This document shows positions 10,305-20,300 of a stretch of DNA of 64,000 nt, piece by piece. How positions within the stretch are numbered: position 1 is the stretch's first letter; the number at the start of each line of letters is the position of its first letter. The notes beneath the pieces were generated by a model, which was not told the DNA's origin, did not search any database, and was given only the letters and a program-made list of their open reading frames with translations. This DNA comes from a bacterium (GTDB taxonomy: Bacteria > SAR324 > NAC60-12): positions 128,001 to 192,000 of the forward strand of contig CBDBHR010000025.1 of NCBI GenBank assembly GCA_965205865.1, given 5' to 3'. The translations under genes were made by a program, and so were the position numbers.

Positions 10305-10823
10305 AGAACCTGTTTGAAATAAGTTGAGCTTCCTATTGGAAGTGTTCCATGTCACATTCATTTTAAGAGAAATGAAGCCTTAATAACAAGTAGTGAACAT
10401 GGAACGTTCAGGTTATAACAGTGATGTCAGTGATAAACAATATCTCGGGAATTCCTCTCATGGTTAAAGTCACTGATGCCAATGCCTCCGATTCCAAAAG
10501 TGCTTACGATCTTTTGGAATCGATGTTTAGCTGGTTCTTTTCGATTCAGATGATTTGGGCCGACGGAGGTTATCGAGGGGAATTAGCCCAATGGTTATGG
10601 AATCGATTTCAATGTGAACTTGAGATCACTCTAAACCTCCAAGGAACGGGCTTTCAGGTCCTACCGAAAAGGTGGATCGTCGAAAGAACCTTTTCCTGGT
10701 TTGGATGGTATCGAAGACTCAACATCGATTATGAAAGAAAAACAAAAAACTCTGAAAACATGATCTATGTCGCTATGATTTGCTTGATGTTAAAGAGAAT
10801 TAAATGACTTTCAAACAGGTTCT
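10305..10823 (+). mobile_element. Internally deleted IS5-family element (519 bp)
   Basis: TIRs AGAACCTGTTTGAAA / TTTCAAACAGGTTCT flanked by TA. N-terminus MERSGYNSDVSD (ATG 10399) is joined out of frame to C-terminal IWADGGY...PKRWIVERTFSW...DYER (10421-10807). Confidence 0.85.
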
Positions 10824-10911
10824 TAATCTTTTGTGAATGGTTTGCTTGAGTCGGAGTCGGGGGCAGACTTCGCTGTGCAACCTGCAAAGTCTTACCCGGT
10901 TTTTTAAAACG

Positions 10912-11193
10912 CTAATAGTCACGAAAATTATTCAATCGATGCAGTCTCTCTTTTAGCATTGAAATTTTGTCATCAATCGAAGACCAGTCATCAAAGAGAT
11001 TTGCAGCAAGTTCTCTCAATGAATTCCGGTACTTTTGAAAGATTTGTGTTTCTTTTTCTTTAGGGGAAGCTACTTGAAGATCTCGGAGATAACTTTGGAT
11101 ACCTGTAAGCAGTCTTTCGCCAGCTTGAGATTCTATTTCTAAAACCGTGAGTTCCTTTTGACGATTGCGTTTGAAATCCTCTATGCTCATCAA
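10912..11193 (-). CDS. Hypothetical helical protein (93 aa)
   Basis: Open frame overlapping the upstream gene's stop; no recognised family. Confidence 0.5.
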   Translation of the reverse strand: MMSIEDFKRNRQKELTVLEIESQAGERLLTGIQSYLRDLQVASPKEKETQIFQKYRNSLRELAANLFDDWSSIDDKISMLKERLHRLNNFRDY

Positions 11194-11381
11194 GAACTCA
11201 ATTCAGCAAATTTACGTTTTGCAATCTCCCGCTTTTTTTCTAATGTTTCAATTCTTAATTTCATTTCTTCCATGAATTCATCATCATTTGCCACTTGAGA
11301 AAACTCTTGTTCTGTCAGTTCTTCCAGTTTTTCTTGAGAAGGTGTTTCTTTCTGTTTAGCTTTTTTTTGTAGATTTCCCAT
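11190..11381 (-). CDS. Hypothetical charged coiled-coil protein (63 aa)
   Basis: RBS GGAG before ATG; stop overlaps the next start. Confidence 0.55.
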   Translation of the reverse strand: MGNLQKKAKQKETPSQEKLEELTEQEFSQVANDDEFMEEMKLRIETLEKKREIAKRKFAELSS

Positions 11382-11654
11382 GTATTCTCCCGAAATACAA
11401 TTCTATTTTTTGAATATGGTCTCGACTCTCTTTTACCGCGAGCTGTCAAAGCTTATACCGTTTATGTATTGAAAATATACATTGTATGTCATCTCGACGA
11501 ATGAGAGATTTTTAAGAACTACAGTGGTTTAAACAGATCTCTCACTTGGTTTGAGATGAAACATAATGTTGGGTTTCAACTCATAAACCATATTATATTC
11601 TCTATATTACCACATACCTACTAGCAAGACACGTTTTTAACCGGTTCAAGTGCA

Positions 11655-11750
11655 AGTGATCGTTTTCGTCTGCAAACCCGTTATTTTATTGATTCGGGAG
11701 TGATTGGTTCCAAAATGTTTGTTGAGCAGCACTACCAAGAATTCCAGAGA
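11655..11750 (+). pseudogene. C-terminal remnant of a Y1/REP-associated (RAYT-like) transposase
   Basis: Translates DRFRLQTRYFIDSGVIGSKMFVEQHYQEF, resembling the RYFTDSGxIGxKxFV tail I associate with this group (recognition by eye). Confidence 0.45.
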
Positions 11751-11772
11751 AAAGAAAAGGGAAATGTTTTTG

Positions 11773-12027
11773 AAAAAAAAAGGGGGCAGATTTATTTTAC
11801 ACAGCACCTTGCATCGTTTTGGCTTGCCGATAGGAACCTATTGATTGCAGCCCAATGGGTTTGTATTTTCAGACGCAATGCTTGCGTCCCTCTTTCGTGA
11901 GGAGAAGGAGGCACCGGAATATTAGGGAAGGGGCGTTTTAAATATCGAGAAAAAAAGCAGGATTGAGAATGCAATGGCAGGCACAAGGACGACCAAAAAG
12001 CAGAAAATAAATCTGTCCCCTTTTTTT
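11773..12027. repeat. Inverted repeat pair AAAAGGGGrCAGATTTATTTT
   Basis: 11773-11798 and 12004-12027 are near reverse complements around a ~200-bp spacer. Confidence 0.7.
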
Positions 12028-12416
12028 CCATGGGAACAAAAAAGGCATAGAAAAAATGATATCAATGAGAATGAATATTTGGAGTTTTGGTTAAGCAAAT
12101 CTCCCCGTGGAACGAATAGAAGCCGTCGAATTTTTGCGTAGACAGTATCATGGAAATCAATACTCGCACCCTGGCAAACTAAATCATCTTTATGCAATTC
12201 TATGATTATTTGAAATTATTTGAAATTATAACCTATTTATATTATTATTTTTAGTCAATTTATTCACAAAAAAATCGGATCGGTCTTAAAAAAGTATTGA
12301 TTTATTTCTGGATATAAAATATTTTCCCCAAATAGTCGCTATTGAGAAATAGCTTTTCGCCGTCTGCGGTCAGCTATCAGTCAGGATGACATGAAGGTCT
12401 AAAATTAACCCGTTTC

Positions 12417-13371
12417 GTAACTATTCAGGTATCTTCAGAGAGCCCTTCGATTTAAGCACGGATTTTTCATTGCATGAAATACAGAAAGGATTTTATGCTC
12501 TCGAAAGTTCAAAAATATATTGATTCCATTTCATCGACTCCCCAGCTCGAGGCTCTTCAAGAAGCCTGTCAACTCTTTGAAAAAGAACGAGAGCAATGGA
12601 AGCAAGAGCGCTTAGAACTCCTCAAACGTATTGAAGTTCTCGAGACAGAAAATAAGCGTATTGAAGCGCTCGAAGTAGAAAATAAGCAACTTCGGGACCG
12701 GCTGGCTCTCAACAGCCAAAACTTGAGCAAGCCACCATCCACCGATGCAAGTCGCAAGAGTAAAAGTTCAGGTAAAAACAGGGGTCGCTCTCGCGGAGGG
12801 TTCCCACACGATCGATTAAACTATATCGTGGGAGGTCAACCCGGTCATAAAGGCCATCATTTGGCTTTCAGTGAATCGCCAGCTCGTATGGAACCTCATT
12901 TTGTCAACACCTGTGAAGCCTGTGGGAAAGACTTATCCAAGGTCTCGGTTGAGTCCACGCTTAAACGTCAGGTGTTTGATCTCCCCTCTCTGCAATGAGA
13001 GGTTACCGAACACCAAGTGGAACAAAAAATTTGTCCCTGCTGCGAGCATTTGAATCACTCGACGTTTCCGGCAGGGGTGTCAGCACCGACTCAATATGGT
13101 GCGAGAATCAAAGGCTTAGCCGTTTATCCGTAGCACTATCAATTTCTCCCCTTTGAGCGATGCCGTTAATGCTTTGAAGATCTTTTCGGCCAGTCTCCCA
13201 GCGTAGCCACGATTCATGAAAGCCTCCGGCAAGCAGCCCATTCGCCGCATCCCTTGCAACAACAAGTGGCTTTGATTCAATCCCCGCTCGTTCATTTTGA
13301 TGAAACGTCTCTGTTTGAAAACAAACAACGTCGCTGGCTTCGCTCGGCCTCGAGCAAGCAGATGACTTTTT
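12417..13371 (+). pseudogene. Truncated IS66 element (left TIR + degraded transposase)
   Basis: TIR GTAACTATTCAGGT at 12417. ORF 12474-12998 is homologous to 1332-2852, followed by stops and frameshifts through VHFDETSLFENKQRRW; cut at 13372. Confidence 0.88.
12795..12835 (+). repeat. 36-bp palindromic mini-insertion with GGAGG duplication
   Basis: Absent from the intact IS66 (SRGGQPGH); here the protein reads SRG-GFPHDRLNYIVG-GQPGH. Relatives at 4264-4304, 4501-4537 and 1020-1056. Confidence 0.85.
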
Positions 13372-13909
13372 CCTAAGTTGAGCGATTCGTAATAAAAAAG
13401 CTCCCAACCTTGGGGAAAATGTGTTATATTTCAGTGAGTAAAAACAATATCACGACAAAATCTAACACAACCCAACAGGTAGAGAGCTTTATGGGAAAAA
13501 ATATAACAGTTCAGGATAAAAAGAAACAGATAATTGATGCCATTCAGCCAACCGATGAACACTTGACAAGTCGTGCCGGATTGGCCTTGTTTGCCCAGTA
13601 TCCGCAAAACATTCGGCTGATGCCGATCATCGAAAGGATGTTTGGTTCGATGCCTCCTCGCATGCCGTGAAAAGATTTTTTGGAAAGTTCTCTTTTGTAC
13701 GAGTCTACCTGTTCCGTCATCTGCTGCAGATACTGTTTATCCGGAGACTGAAGAAGACTTTCCACATCTGAAAACAGCATATTGATGCTCATTCTCACTC
13801 AAACATCCATGGATTTGATGATCAAAATCTGATTTCAGAATGATTGCCTTTCTCAGGCAAAAAAATCATCTTGAAAATCTGATCCTTTTTTAGAATCGCT
13901 CAATTTAGG
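13372..13909 (+). mobile_element. Internally deleted IS1380-family element (second subfamily)
   Basis: TIRs CCTAAGTTGAGCGATTC / GAATCGCTCAATTTAGG (16/17 match); N-terminal IDAIQPTDEHLTSRAGLALFAQY. No matching TSD, and the two flanks are unrelated gene fragments. Confidence 0.78.
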
Positions 13910-14270
13910 CTACTATAAGGGGTATGGAGACACCACACCCCGGGGGATGTACGGTCTTGAATTCACCGGGTATTATGTCCCCTTTGAAGAGTGGCCCGAA
14001 GAGGTCAAAAAAGCCCATACCTATGACCCGGAAGGGGCGAAAAAGCTGCTGGCGGAGGCGGGCTACCCCGATGGATTCAAGACCGATTTTCTCTACGGTG
14101 CGCGCTACGATCCGAGTTACGCAGAATTTGCCGCCGAATATTGGCGTCAGGTTGGGATTGATCCCTCGATTAGATTCAATGTAAGTGCTGCCGATCTTTA
14201 CGCTGATGTAAGAGCTGGTAATTTTGGAACCTTGCTAAACTTAGCGGGCGTGAGGGCGGATCCCATGACT
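13910..14270 (+). pseudogene. Internal fragment of a family 5 substrate-binding protein
   Basis: GYYVPFEEWPEEVKKAHTYDPEGAKKLLAEAGYPDGF closely matches the paralog at 18240-19571. Confidence 0.82.
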
Positions 14271-14289
14271 CAAAGTGAATGCCTTATTT

Positions 14290-16400
14290 TTAAATCCAAT
14301 TCTCTATTCTCAATCCTTTAACTCTTTGAAATTCAGCTTCATTGTTTGTAACTAGCGTCGAATTTAAACTCAAAGCATGTGCTGCTATTAATAAATCTTT
14401 ATTTCCTGTTATTTTCCCTTTTTTCTCTAAAGCCGTTTTAATTATACCATATATATCCGCTGCTTTTTCTCCAAATTGAAGAATTTCAATGGGAGCAATA
14501 AAGTGATTTAATTTTTCTTTATTTTTTTTTACATACTGACTCTTATACACACCATGACTTAATTCCGCATAAGTGATTGAAGAAACCCCGATTTGCCCAA
14601 CATCATATCTTTTAAACTCTTGACTAAGACACTGAGTGGCTTTCTGCAATTAGTCATATATCCTAAATCCTGCAGGTTTAGATGATCAATCAAACATGGA
14701 AATGGTATTTATACTCAAATAGTTAACACCAGAATCAACATTTTAAGAGATCACCATTACCATGAAAAACAAACGTAGCGCAAGATCGGCAAGAACGACA
14801 GCAAAAAACATCCATATCAGCCAGGGAGGCAGCAGACCTGACCGCGCAAGCAGGCTTGATTCCGGTTGTCAAATTTTTTCACAAAGAAGGGATTGTTTCA
14901 AAGACAGAGCAGACCGTAGATCATCGGCGTGGCGCCACGGGTCTTTATGACGCGTGTGGACATGGTCATTTTGTCGGTGGTCGGCATTGTTGGTGGCGCC
15001 AACAGTTCGATTCGTTCGATTGTGACAGTTTGGAACGACCGTGTTTTGAGTCGTGTGGCCGGTTGGCTGAGGATTCCGGATGAAACCACATTCGGCCGGA
15101 TACTGCGTACTTTCACACAGAAAAACATCAATGAGATGGAGAGCTTGAACCATCGGATTCGAGCCGGTATCTGGCGTAAGGCGCTTCGAAGTGGGACAAG
15201 CATCGTTGGGGTGTTACACTGTCTTGTGATTGACGTGGACTCCACTGTGAAAACGGCCTACGGCAAGCAGCAAGGAGTGTCTGTCGGATATAATCCCCAC
15301 AAACGCGGTGCAGCTTCGTATCATCCTCTGCTGGCATTTTGCGCAGAGACAAAGGAGATTCTTCAGGGTTGGCTTCGTGATGGGAGTGCCTATACCAGCA
15401 ATGGAGTCGTTGAATTCATGCGGCAACTTCTCGCTCACCTTCCAAATCGGACTCGCACTCTGTTTCGTGGAGACAGTGGTTTTTTTGTGGGGGATTTGCT
15501 GGATTTCCTCGAAGAACGAGGCCATGGCTATCTGATCAAGGTCAAACTCAAGGGGCTTGTCTCGTTGTTGGAAACCCAAAAATGGCAAAAAGTGAAGGGG
15601 CAGCCCGCTTGGGAAGGGTGTGAGTTTTCCCACCAATGTGAAACTTGGAGGAGGTCAAGAAAATTCATGGCCGTACGCAGGGAGAAAGAGGAGGAACTCA
15701 AAGGGATGGCCACCCTCTTTGAGATGAAGGAGTACGATTATTTTTGTTATGTTCTCACTGACGCGCTCACTCCCTGGCAGGCTCACAAAGAGTATGGCCA
15801 AAGGGCGGTCGCTGAGACATGGATTGAGGAAGCAAAAAATCAAACTGCGCTGGCTCAGATTAAAACCGACGATTTTTGGGCCAACAGTGCCTTGTTCCAA
15901 TGCGCGATACTCGCTTACAACACGCTGCGCTGGATGGCCCTTTGTAGTGGTAACGCAATACTGCGCCGTTGGGAACCGGCCACCATGCGCACCTATCTTG
16001 TCCGAATGGCAGGAAAATGGACGAGTGGCGCTCGTCAACAAAAACTGAGAGTTCCGGAAAGAACACTTTACAATGCTCAATGGGATGCATGGGTCGCTGT
16101 TGGAGAGACCTGGATCCTTTGTTTCACTCCAGTGGATACATTTTGCTGAGATGTAGATTCCCAAATCCAGGGAGAAGTACGTCTTGAATCTTGTGCCCGC
16201 GAAAGCGGGTATCAGATCATCACAAAATATGACGATCTAATGGAGGGCGGAAAAACCTTTATGAGCAAGGACTGATGGAAATTCAACTCTCAAATCCTTT
16301 TTTTTAAAAAAACCTCTCAAAGAGTGGGGGGAAACTCAATCAAAATATTCAATTGCAGGATTTAGGTATATATACAAATATTGGTATCCAACAGAATCAT
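14290..16400 (-). pseudogene. vapC: VapC PIN-domain toxin interrupted by IS1380
   Basis: N-terminus MILLDTNICIY (16400-16367) overlaps the vapB stop (ATGA). The rest (14290-14661) has VSSITYAEL, DLLIAAHAL and LVTNNEAEF...GLRIENW, plus an extra frameshift near 14620. Confidence 0.9.
14662..16366 (+). mobile_element. IS1380-family element, copy 2 (frameshifted transposase ~14762-16149)
   Basis: Near-identical to 5215-6940, inverted. TIR CCTAAATCCTGCA; TSD TATAT at 14657-14661 and 16367-16371; several small indels in the first ~350 bp. Confidence 0.92.
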
Positions 16401-16627
16401 TCGATTTCTTCTCTTATTTTAAATTCCATAGAATCACGTTTTACCATGAAATCATCACTAACTGTTTCTAAAGATTCCCACATTTCTTCCCATGGGTTTT
16501 TTTCAGGAATAATAACTACCATATTTCCCATTTTTTTTAAGAAGACTTTTTTACCTTCAAAACGGAATTCACTCGGTAATCGAATTGCTTGTGATCCACC
16601 GTTTTGAAAAAGTTTTGCTGTTTTCAT
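16397..16627 (-). CDS. vapB: VapB antitoxin (AbrB/SpoVT fold)
   Basis: MKTAKLFQNGGSQAIRLPSEFRF; RBS GAGGTG. Confidence 0.92.
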   Translation of the reverse strand: MKTAKLFQNGGSQAIRLPSEFRFEGKKVFLKKMGNMVVIIPEKNPWEEMWESLETVSDDFMVKRDSMEFKIREEIE

Positions 16628-16647
16628 TTTCACCTCATTGATTTTAA

Positions 16648-16684
16648 GTATATATAGTATAGTATATACATTTTTAATTGTCAA
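16648..16684 (-). promoter_or_regulatory. vapBC promoter with overlapping palindromic operator
   Basis: TTGACA (16684-16679), 17 bp, TATACT (16661-16656). Palindrome GTATATAC at 16662-16669, with a related GTATATA at 16648. Confidence 0.75.
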
Positions 16685-17006
16685 TACTCTATTTTGGCTA
16701 ACAAGTCGTTAACTCGTTTCTGTATAATTTGATATTCTGAAAACCGCTTGACAAGCCATAGGGCGATGCAGTCCAATTTTCTAACTGGATAATATCACAG
16801 AATGATTAGTTATACAGAAAAATGGATCATGTTCATGATAAAGGTCCCTTCTCAAATGACACGCTTATTAGAAACGGTTTCAGATCAGATACTTCCTCTG
16901 CTTCCGCTCGTTCCATAAAGGGGGTGGCATACTCCATCATGGCTTGAGAGATAGAAATGGGGCGAAATCCATCCGGCAGCCGTTTTTTCCCCTAACCGCC
17001 CCCTGG

Positions 17007-17147
17007 ACTCAAACAGGTCGCGGCCAGAGCAACCCCTAAGGAAATCCGCGCTCCATGGATCAGGCGGCTCAATAAGTCCCGCCCGACGTGGTCGATCCCG
17101 AGGATATACTGGGCCGAGGCCTCCTGCATCCGGTCTCTCAAGTGGAT
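17007..17147 (-). pseudogene. DppC-family permease fragment
   Basis: Manual translation IHLRDRMQEASAQYILGIDHVGRDLLSRLIHGARISLGVALAATCLS. Confidence 0.75.
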
Positions 17148-17212
17148 TTTATTATGAGGACTGAAGTTTAGACTGATGCCCTAACAGCCTTCCCCCTTCA
17201 GCCTAATCCCCT

Positions 17213-18169
17213 TCACTCATACCTTACCCTCGGGTCCAAATAGGCATAAATGAGGTCGATGATGAGATTGTTCAACAAAACGATGCAGGCGAAAAACAGG
17301 TTGACCCCGGAGACCACCGGGTAATCCCGGTCCGAGAGGGCATCCACCAGGAGACGACCTAAGCCCGGAAGGTTAAAGAGGTTCTCCATGATGACGGCGC
17401 CCCCGACCACGAGAGGCAACTGCAAGCCGACCAGGGTGACGACCTGGATGAGGGCATTTTTGATGGCGTGTCTCAGCACGACCGTTTGTTCCTTGAGCCC
17501 CTTGGCCCAGGCGGTGCGGATATAGTCCTGCCGGAGTACCTCCAACATCATGGTGCGCGTCATGCGCATGGTGCCGGCCGAGAGAGCCGTCCCCAGAATC
17601 AGGCTGGGAATGACCAGGATCCCCAGGTGGCCCCACGGGTCTTCGGCAAAAGGCACCAGCTCCATCGGGGGCGACCAGCCCCACCAGATGGCCGGGTAGA
17701 TCATCACCATAATGCCCAGCCAGAAATTGGGAGTGGCCAAGCCGAGGATAGCGAGGATGCGGCCCGTGTAGTCCGCGACCGTATCCTGGCGAATCGCCGA
17801 GTAAATGCCGACGGGCAGCGCGATCACCAGCCCAATGAGGATGGCCAGGACACCCAGCTCCAGGGTGACGGGCAAGCGATCGAATAGCCGCTCCTCTACC
17901 GGCCAACCCCCCATCAGGGATTCGCCCAGGCTGCCGCGCAGGAAGATCCCTCCCATCCAGCGGCCATATTGTACCCAGACCGGCACGTCTAATCCCAGCC
18001 TCCGCTCGACAGCTTCACGGTCAACCTCGCCCCCCGCAAAATCCATCCGACTGACCATGACATCGATGACATCGCCTGGGAGGAAACGCACCGAGAGAAA
18101 GACCAGGACGGACAAGAGAAACAGGGTGGGGATGAGCAGCAAGAGCCGCCTGGTGAGATAGGCACTCAT
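17213..18169 (-). CDS. ABC peptide-type permease (DppB/OppB family)
   Basis: Start MSAYLTRRLL after GAGGAGG; DYIRTAWAKGL, RDYPVV, DPRVRY. Confidence 0.92.
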   Translation of the reverse strand: MSAYLTRRLLLLIPTLFLLSVLVFLSVRFLPGDVIDVMVSRMDFAGGEVDREAVERRLGLDVPVWVQYGRWMGGIFLRGSLGESLMGGWPVEERLFDRLPVTLELGVLAILIGLVIALPVGIYSAIRQDTVADYTGRILAILGLATPNFWLGIMVMIYPAIWWGWSPPMELVPFAEDPWGHLGILVIPSLILGTALSAGTMRMTRTMMLEVLRQDYIRTAWAKGLKEQTVVLRHAIKNALIQVVTLVGLQLPLVVGGAVIMENLFNLPGLGRLLVDALSDRDYPVVSGVNLFFACIVLLNNLIIDLIYAYLDPRVRYE

Positions 18170-18239
18170 CAGACACACCTCCTCAGGTATAGGGACTTCT
18201 CCAGTTTTTGGATAAACCATTTTGGCCGATTGTGACGGC

Positions 18240-20300
18240 CTACTTCAGATCCTGATCAATCCAGAGGCGGGTGAGAACCTGTGTATACTCCTCTGTCAGG
18301 TGCCATTCACCGTTCCAGCCTTTGACCCACGGATTGGCCGCTTGAAACGCTGTCTGTAACGGGCCCCAGACCTGAAACTGATTGCGTATCAAGAACATAT
18401 CGTACAATTTAGAGAACCTCTGCCGTTGCTCAATGGTGGCCGCGGCATAGTAGCCCTCATACGCGGCGTCCAACTCCGGTTCGGGAAGTCCGCCGGCCTG
18501 CTCTCGCTGAAACACGGAGGTATGCCGATAATAACTAAACGCGTATTTAGGAGCTGAGCCCAGTTGTCCGCTGGACATCTCGTACGTATGGTCTCCTCTA
18601 CCAGCGACCCACGTAGGCGTATCAACTGCATTGATCTCTACATCAACACCAATCGCATCCCAGTAGCCTACAGCTATTTCTACATAGCCCAGATCGTAAA
18701 GGTCGCGGAACTGCAGGGTGGTCTTAAATCGAACGCCGTCCGCACCACGCGGATATCCAGCCGCATCGAGCAACGCTTCTGCCCCTTTCGGGTCATAGGT
18801 GTAGGTTTTCTTGACCTCTTCGGGCCACTCGTCAAACGGCACATAATATCCCTTCACAGCAACGCCGACGAGTCCCTGGGGTTTCCACATTGCCCAACCG
18901 CTATAATAGGTCTCGTTGATCGTTTCCAGGTCCAGTGCCATCTGCATGGCCTGGCGTACCCCGATGTCGTCAAAGGGCGGGTTACGCCTGTTCAGATTAA
19001 TACTGTTATTGGAAAAGAGGGGGACAGGGTGTATCTGGAGCTCGGGGTTGGTCTTCTGGAGGCTCTTTACCACGTCGACGGATTGTATCCAAGCGAAGCC
19101 GCACAGTAGATCAATCTTGCCCGAGCGAAGTGCCGCCAGGCGTGTTGCTTTTTCCTTTATGAACAGGCTCTTGAGCTCGTCGACATAAGGCAAGCGGTTC
19201 TCCGGGTATTTTTCGTCGTGGCCCCAGTAGTCAGGTATCTTGGTGTGGGTTATGGAAACGCCTTCGCTCCAGTCAGTCAGCATGAACGGCCCGGTGCCGA
19301 CCATGTTTCGCCAATCCTTGTAGTCGCCATGTTTTTCGATTACCTCAGGGGGTAGTATCCAAGCGTTGAGATCGCTAAGGGAACTAGTTAGCGCATCGAG
19401 GGATGGCCGCTCCAGCTTGAAAACAACCGTATGTTTGTCGGTGGCCGTGATCGATTCGACTGGCAGGCTGGCCATCGTGTATTTCCAGTCTGAAGTTTCG
19501 AACTCGCCGAAACCCGCAGCACGCTGAAGGCTATACACGACGTCATCGGCGGTGAGCTCGCGACCGGACATCGGTGGCTTGTCGTGTCAGCGCACGCCGC
19601 GGCGGATGTGGAAGATGATCGTTGTGGCGTCAGGAGTTTCCCAGCTTTCTGCCAGATTACCTCTTAGGGCAGATGCATCGGGGACCACACTCTTGTAGTC
19701 AGATATGTCCCTATCCAGTACCCAGTCCGAGATGCCGAGCTTCTCATTAACGGGACCTATGAGATGTCGGATAGTGTGGCCCGAATAGAACGGGTCAGTA
19801 TTCTCAACGAGATTGGGATGAACAACGGTCAGAGTCCCGCCATACTCGGGCGCGGTCACCATTTTGCCAGTGCTGGGGTCCGTCACCATCTTTTTATCAG
19901 CCGCGACGGCTGCCGGGCTGACCCAGAAGGCGACCACCATCAGGGTGAGCAACAAGGATTGCATTTTTGCAGCAGACCAGAAGCCTGCAGGGTTCAGCCC
20001 CACGACGGAGGCGACAAGTTTATTTACAATACTCATAATAACCTCGTTTAATTGAGGGTGGCGAGAACGATTCACCCACCATGGGGCGAATCCGATTTTC
20101 GCGGCAGACACGACGTCTGCCACGATCAGCCCCACGACGGGGGCGAAAAGTTTCTTCAAATACAAATGGACTCCTTTACAAGAAATTGAAAATAATTCAC
20201 CCCACCATGGAGCGAATCGGTTTTTTGCGGCAGACAAGGCGCCTGCCACGGTCAGCCCCACGATGGAGGCAACGATTTTCTTCATAATAATTTTTTTCAT
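18240..20300 (-). pseudogene. Family 5 substrate-binding protein split by one in-frame TGA (19587-19589)
   Basis: ORFs 19587-20300 and 18240-19571 are in frame: HIRRGVR*HDKPPMSGRELTADDV. Motifs APEYGGTL, LAESWETPD, GTGPF, RLPYVD. Confidence 0.88.
19963..20285 (-). repeat. Three ~120-bp tandem leader repeats, structured, in frame with the binding-protein gene
   Basis: Core GCCyCCrTCGTGGGGCTGA...GCAGrC-N5-GTCTGCyGC occurs three times. Peptides KIVASIVGL..SAAK, KLFAPVVGL..SAAK, KLVASVVGL..SAAK. Confidence 0.85.

Noticed and set aside
5215-16366. Composite transposon bounded by the two inverted IS1380 copies
   Set aside because: Each copy has its own TSD (TGGTA; TATAT) and interrupts its own gene, so the insertions are independent.
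19587-19589. Selenocysteine or alternative genetic code at TGA
   Set aside because: The position corresponds to an aromatic residue, not Cys. TGA ends many intact genes here and TGG encodes Trp throughout.
19963-20285. TPP or tandem glycine riboswitch
   Set aside because: Lacks CTGAGA...GAACCTGA (TPP) and GGAGA...CCGAAG...CTCAGG (glycine) cores.
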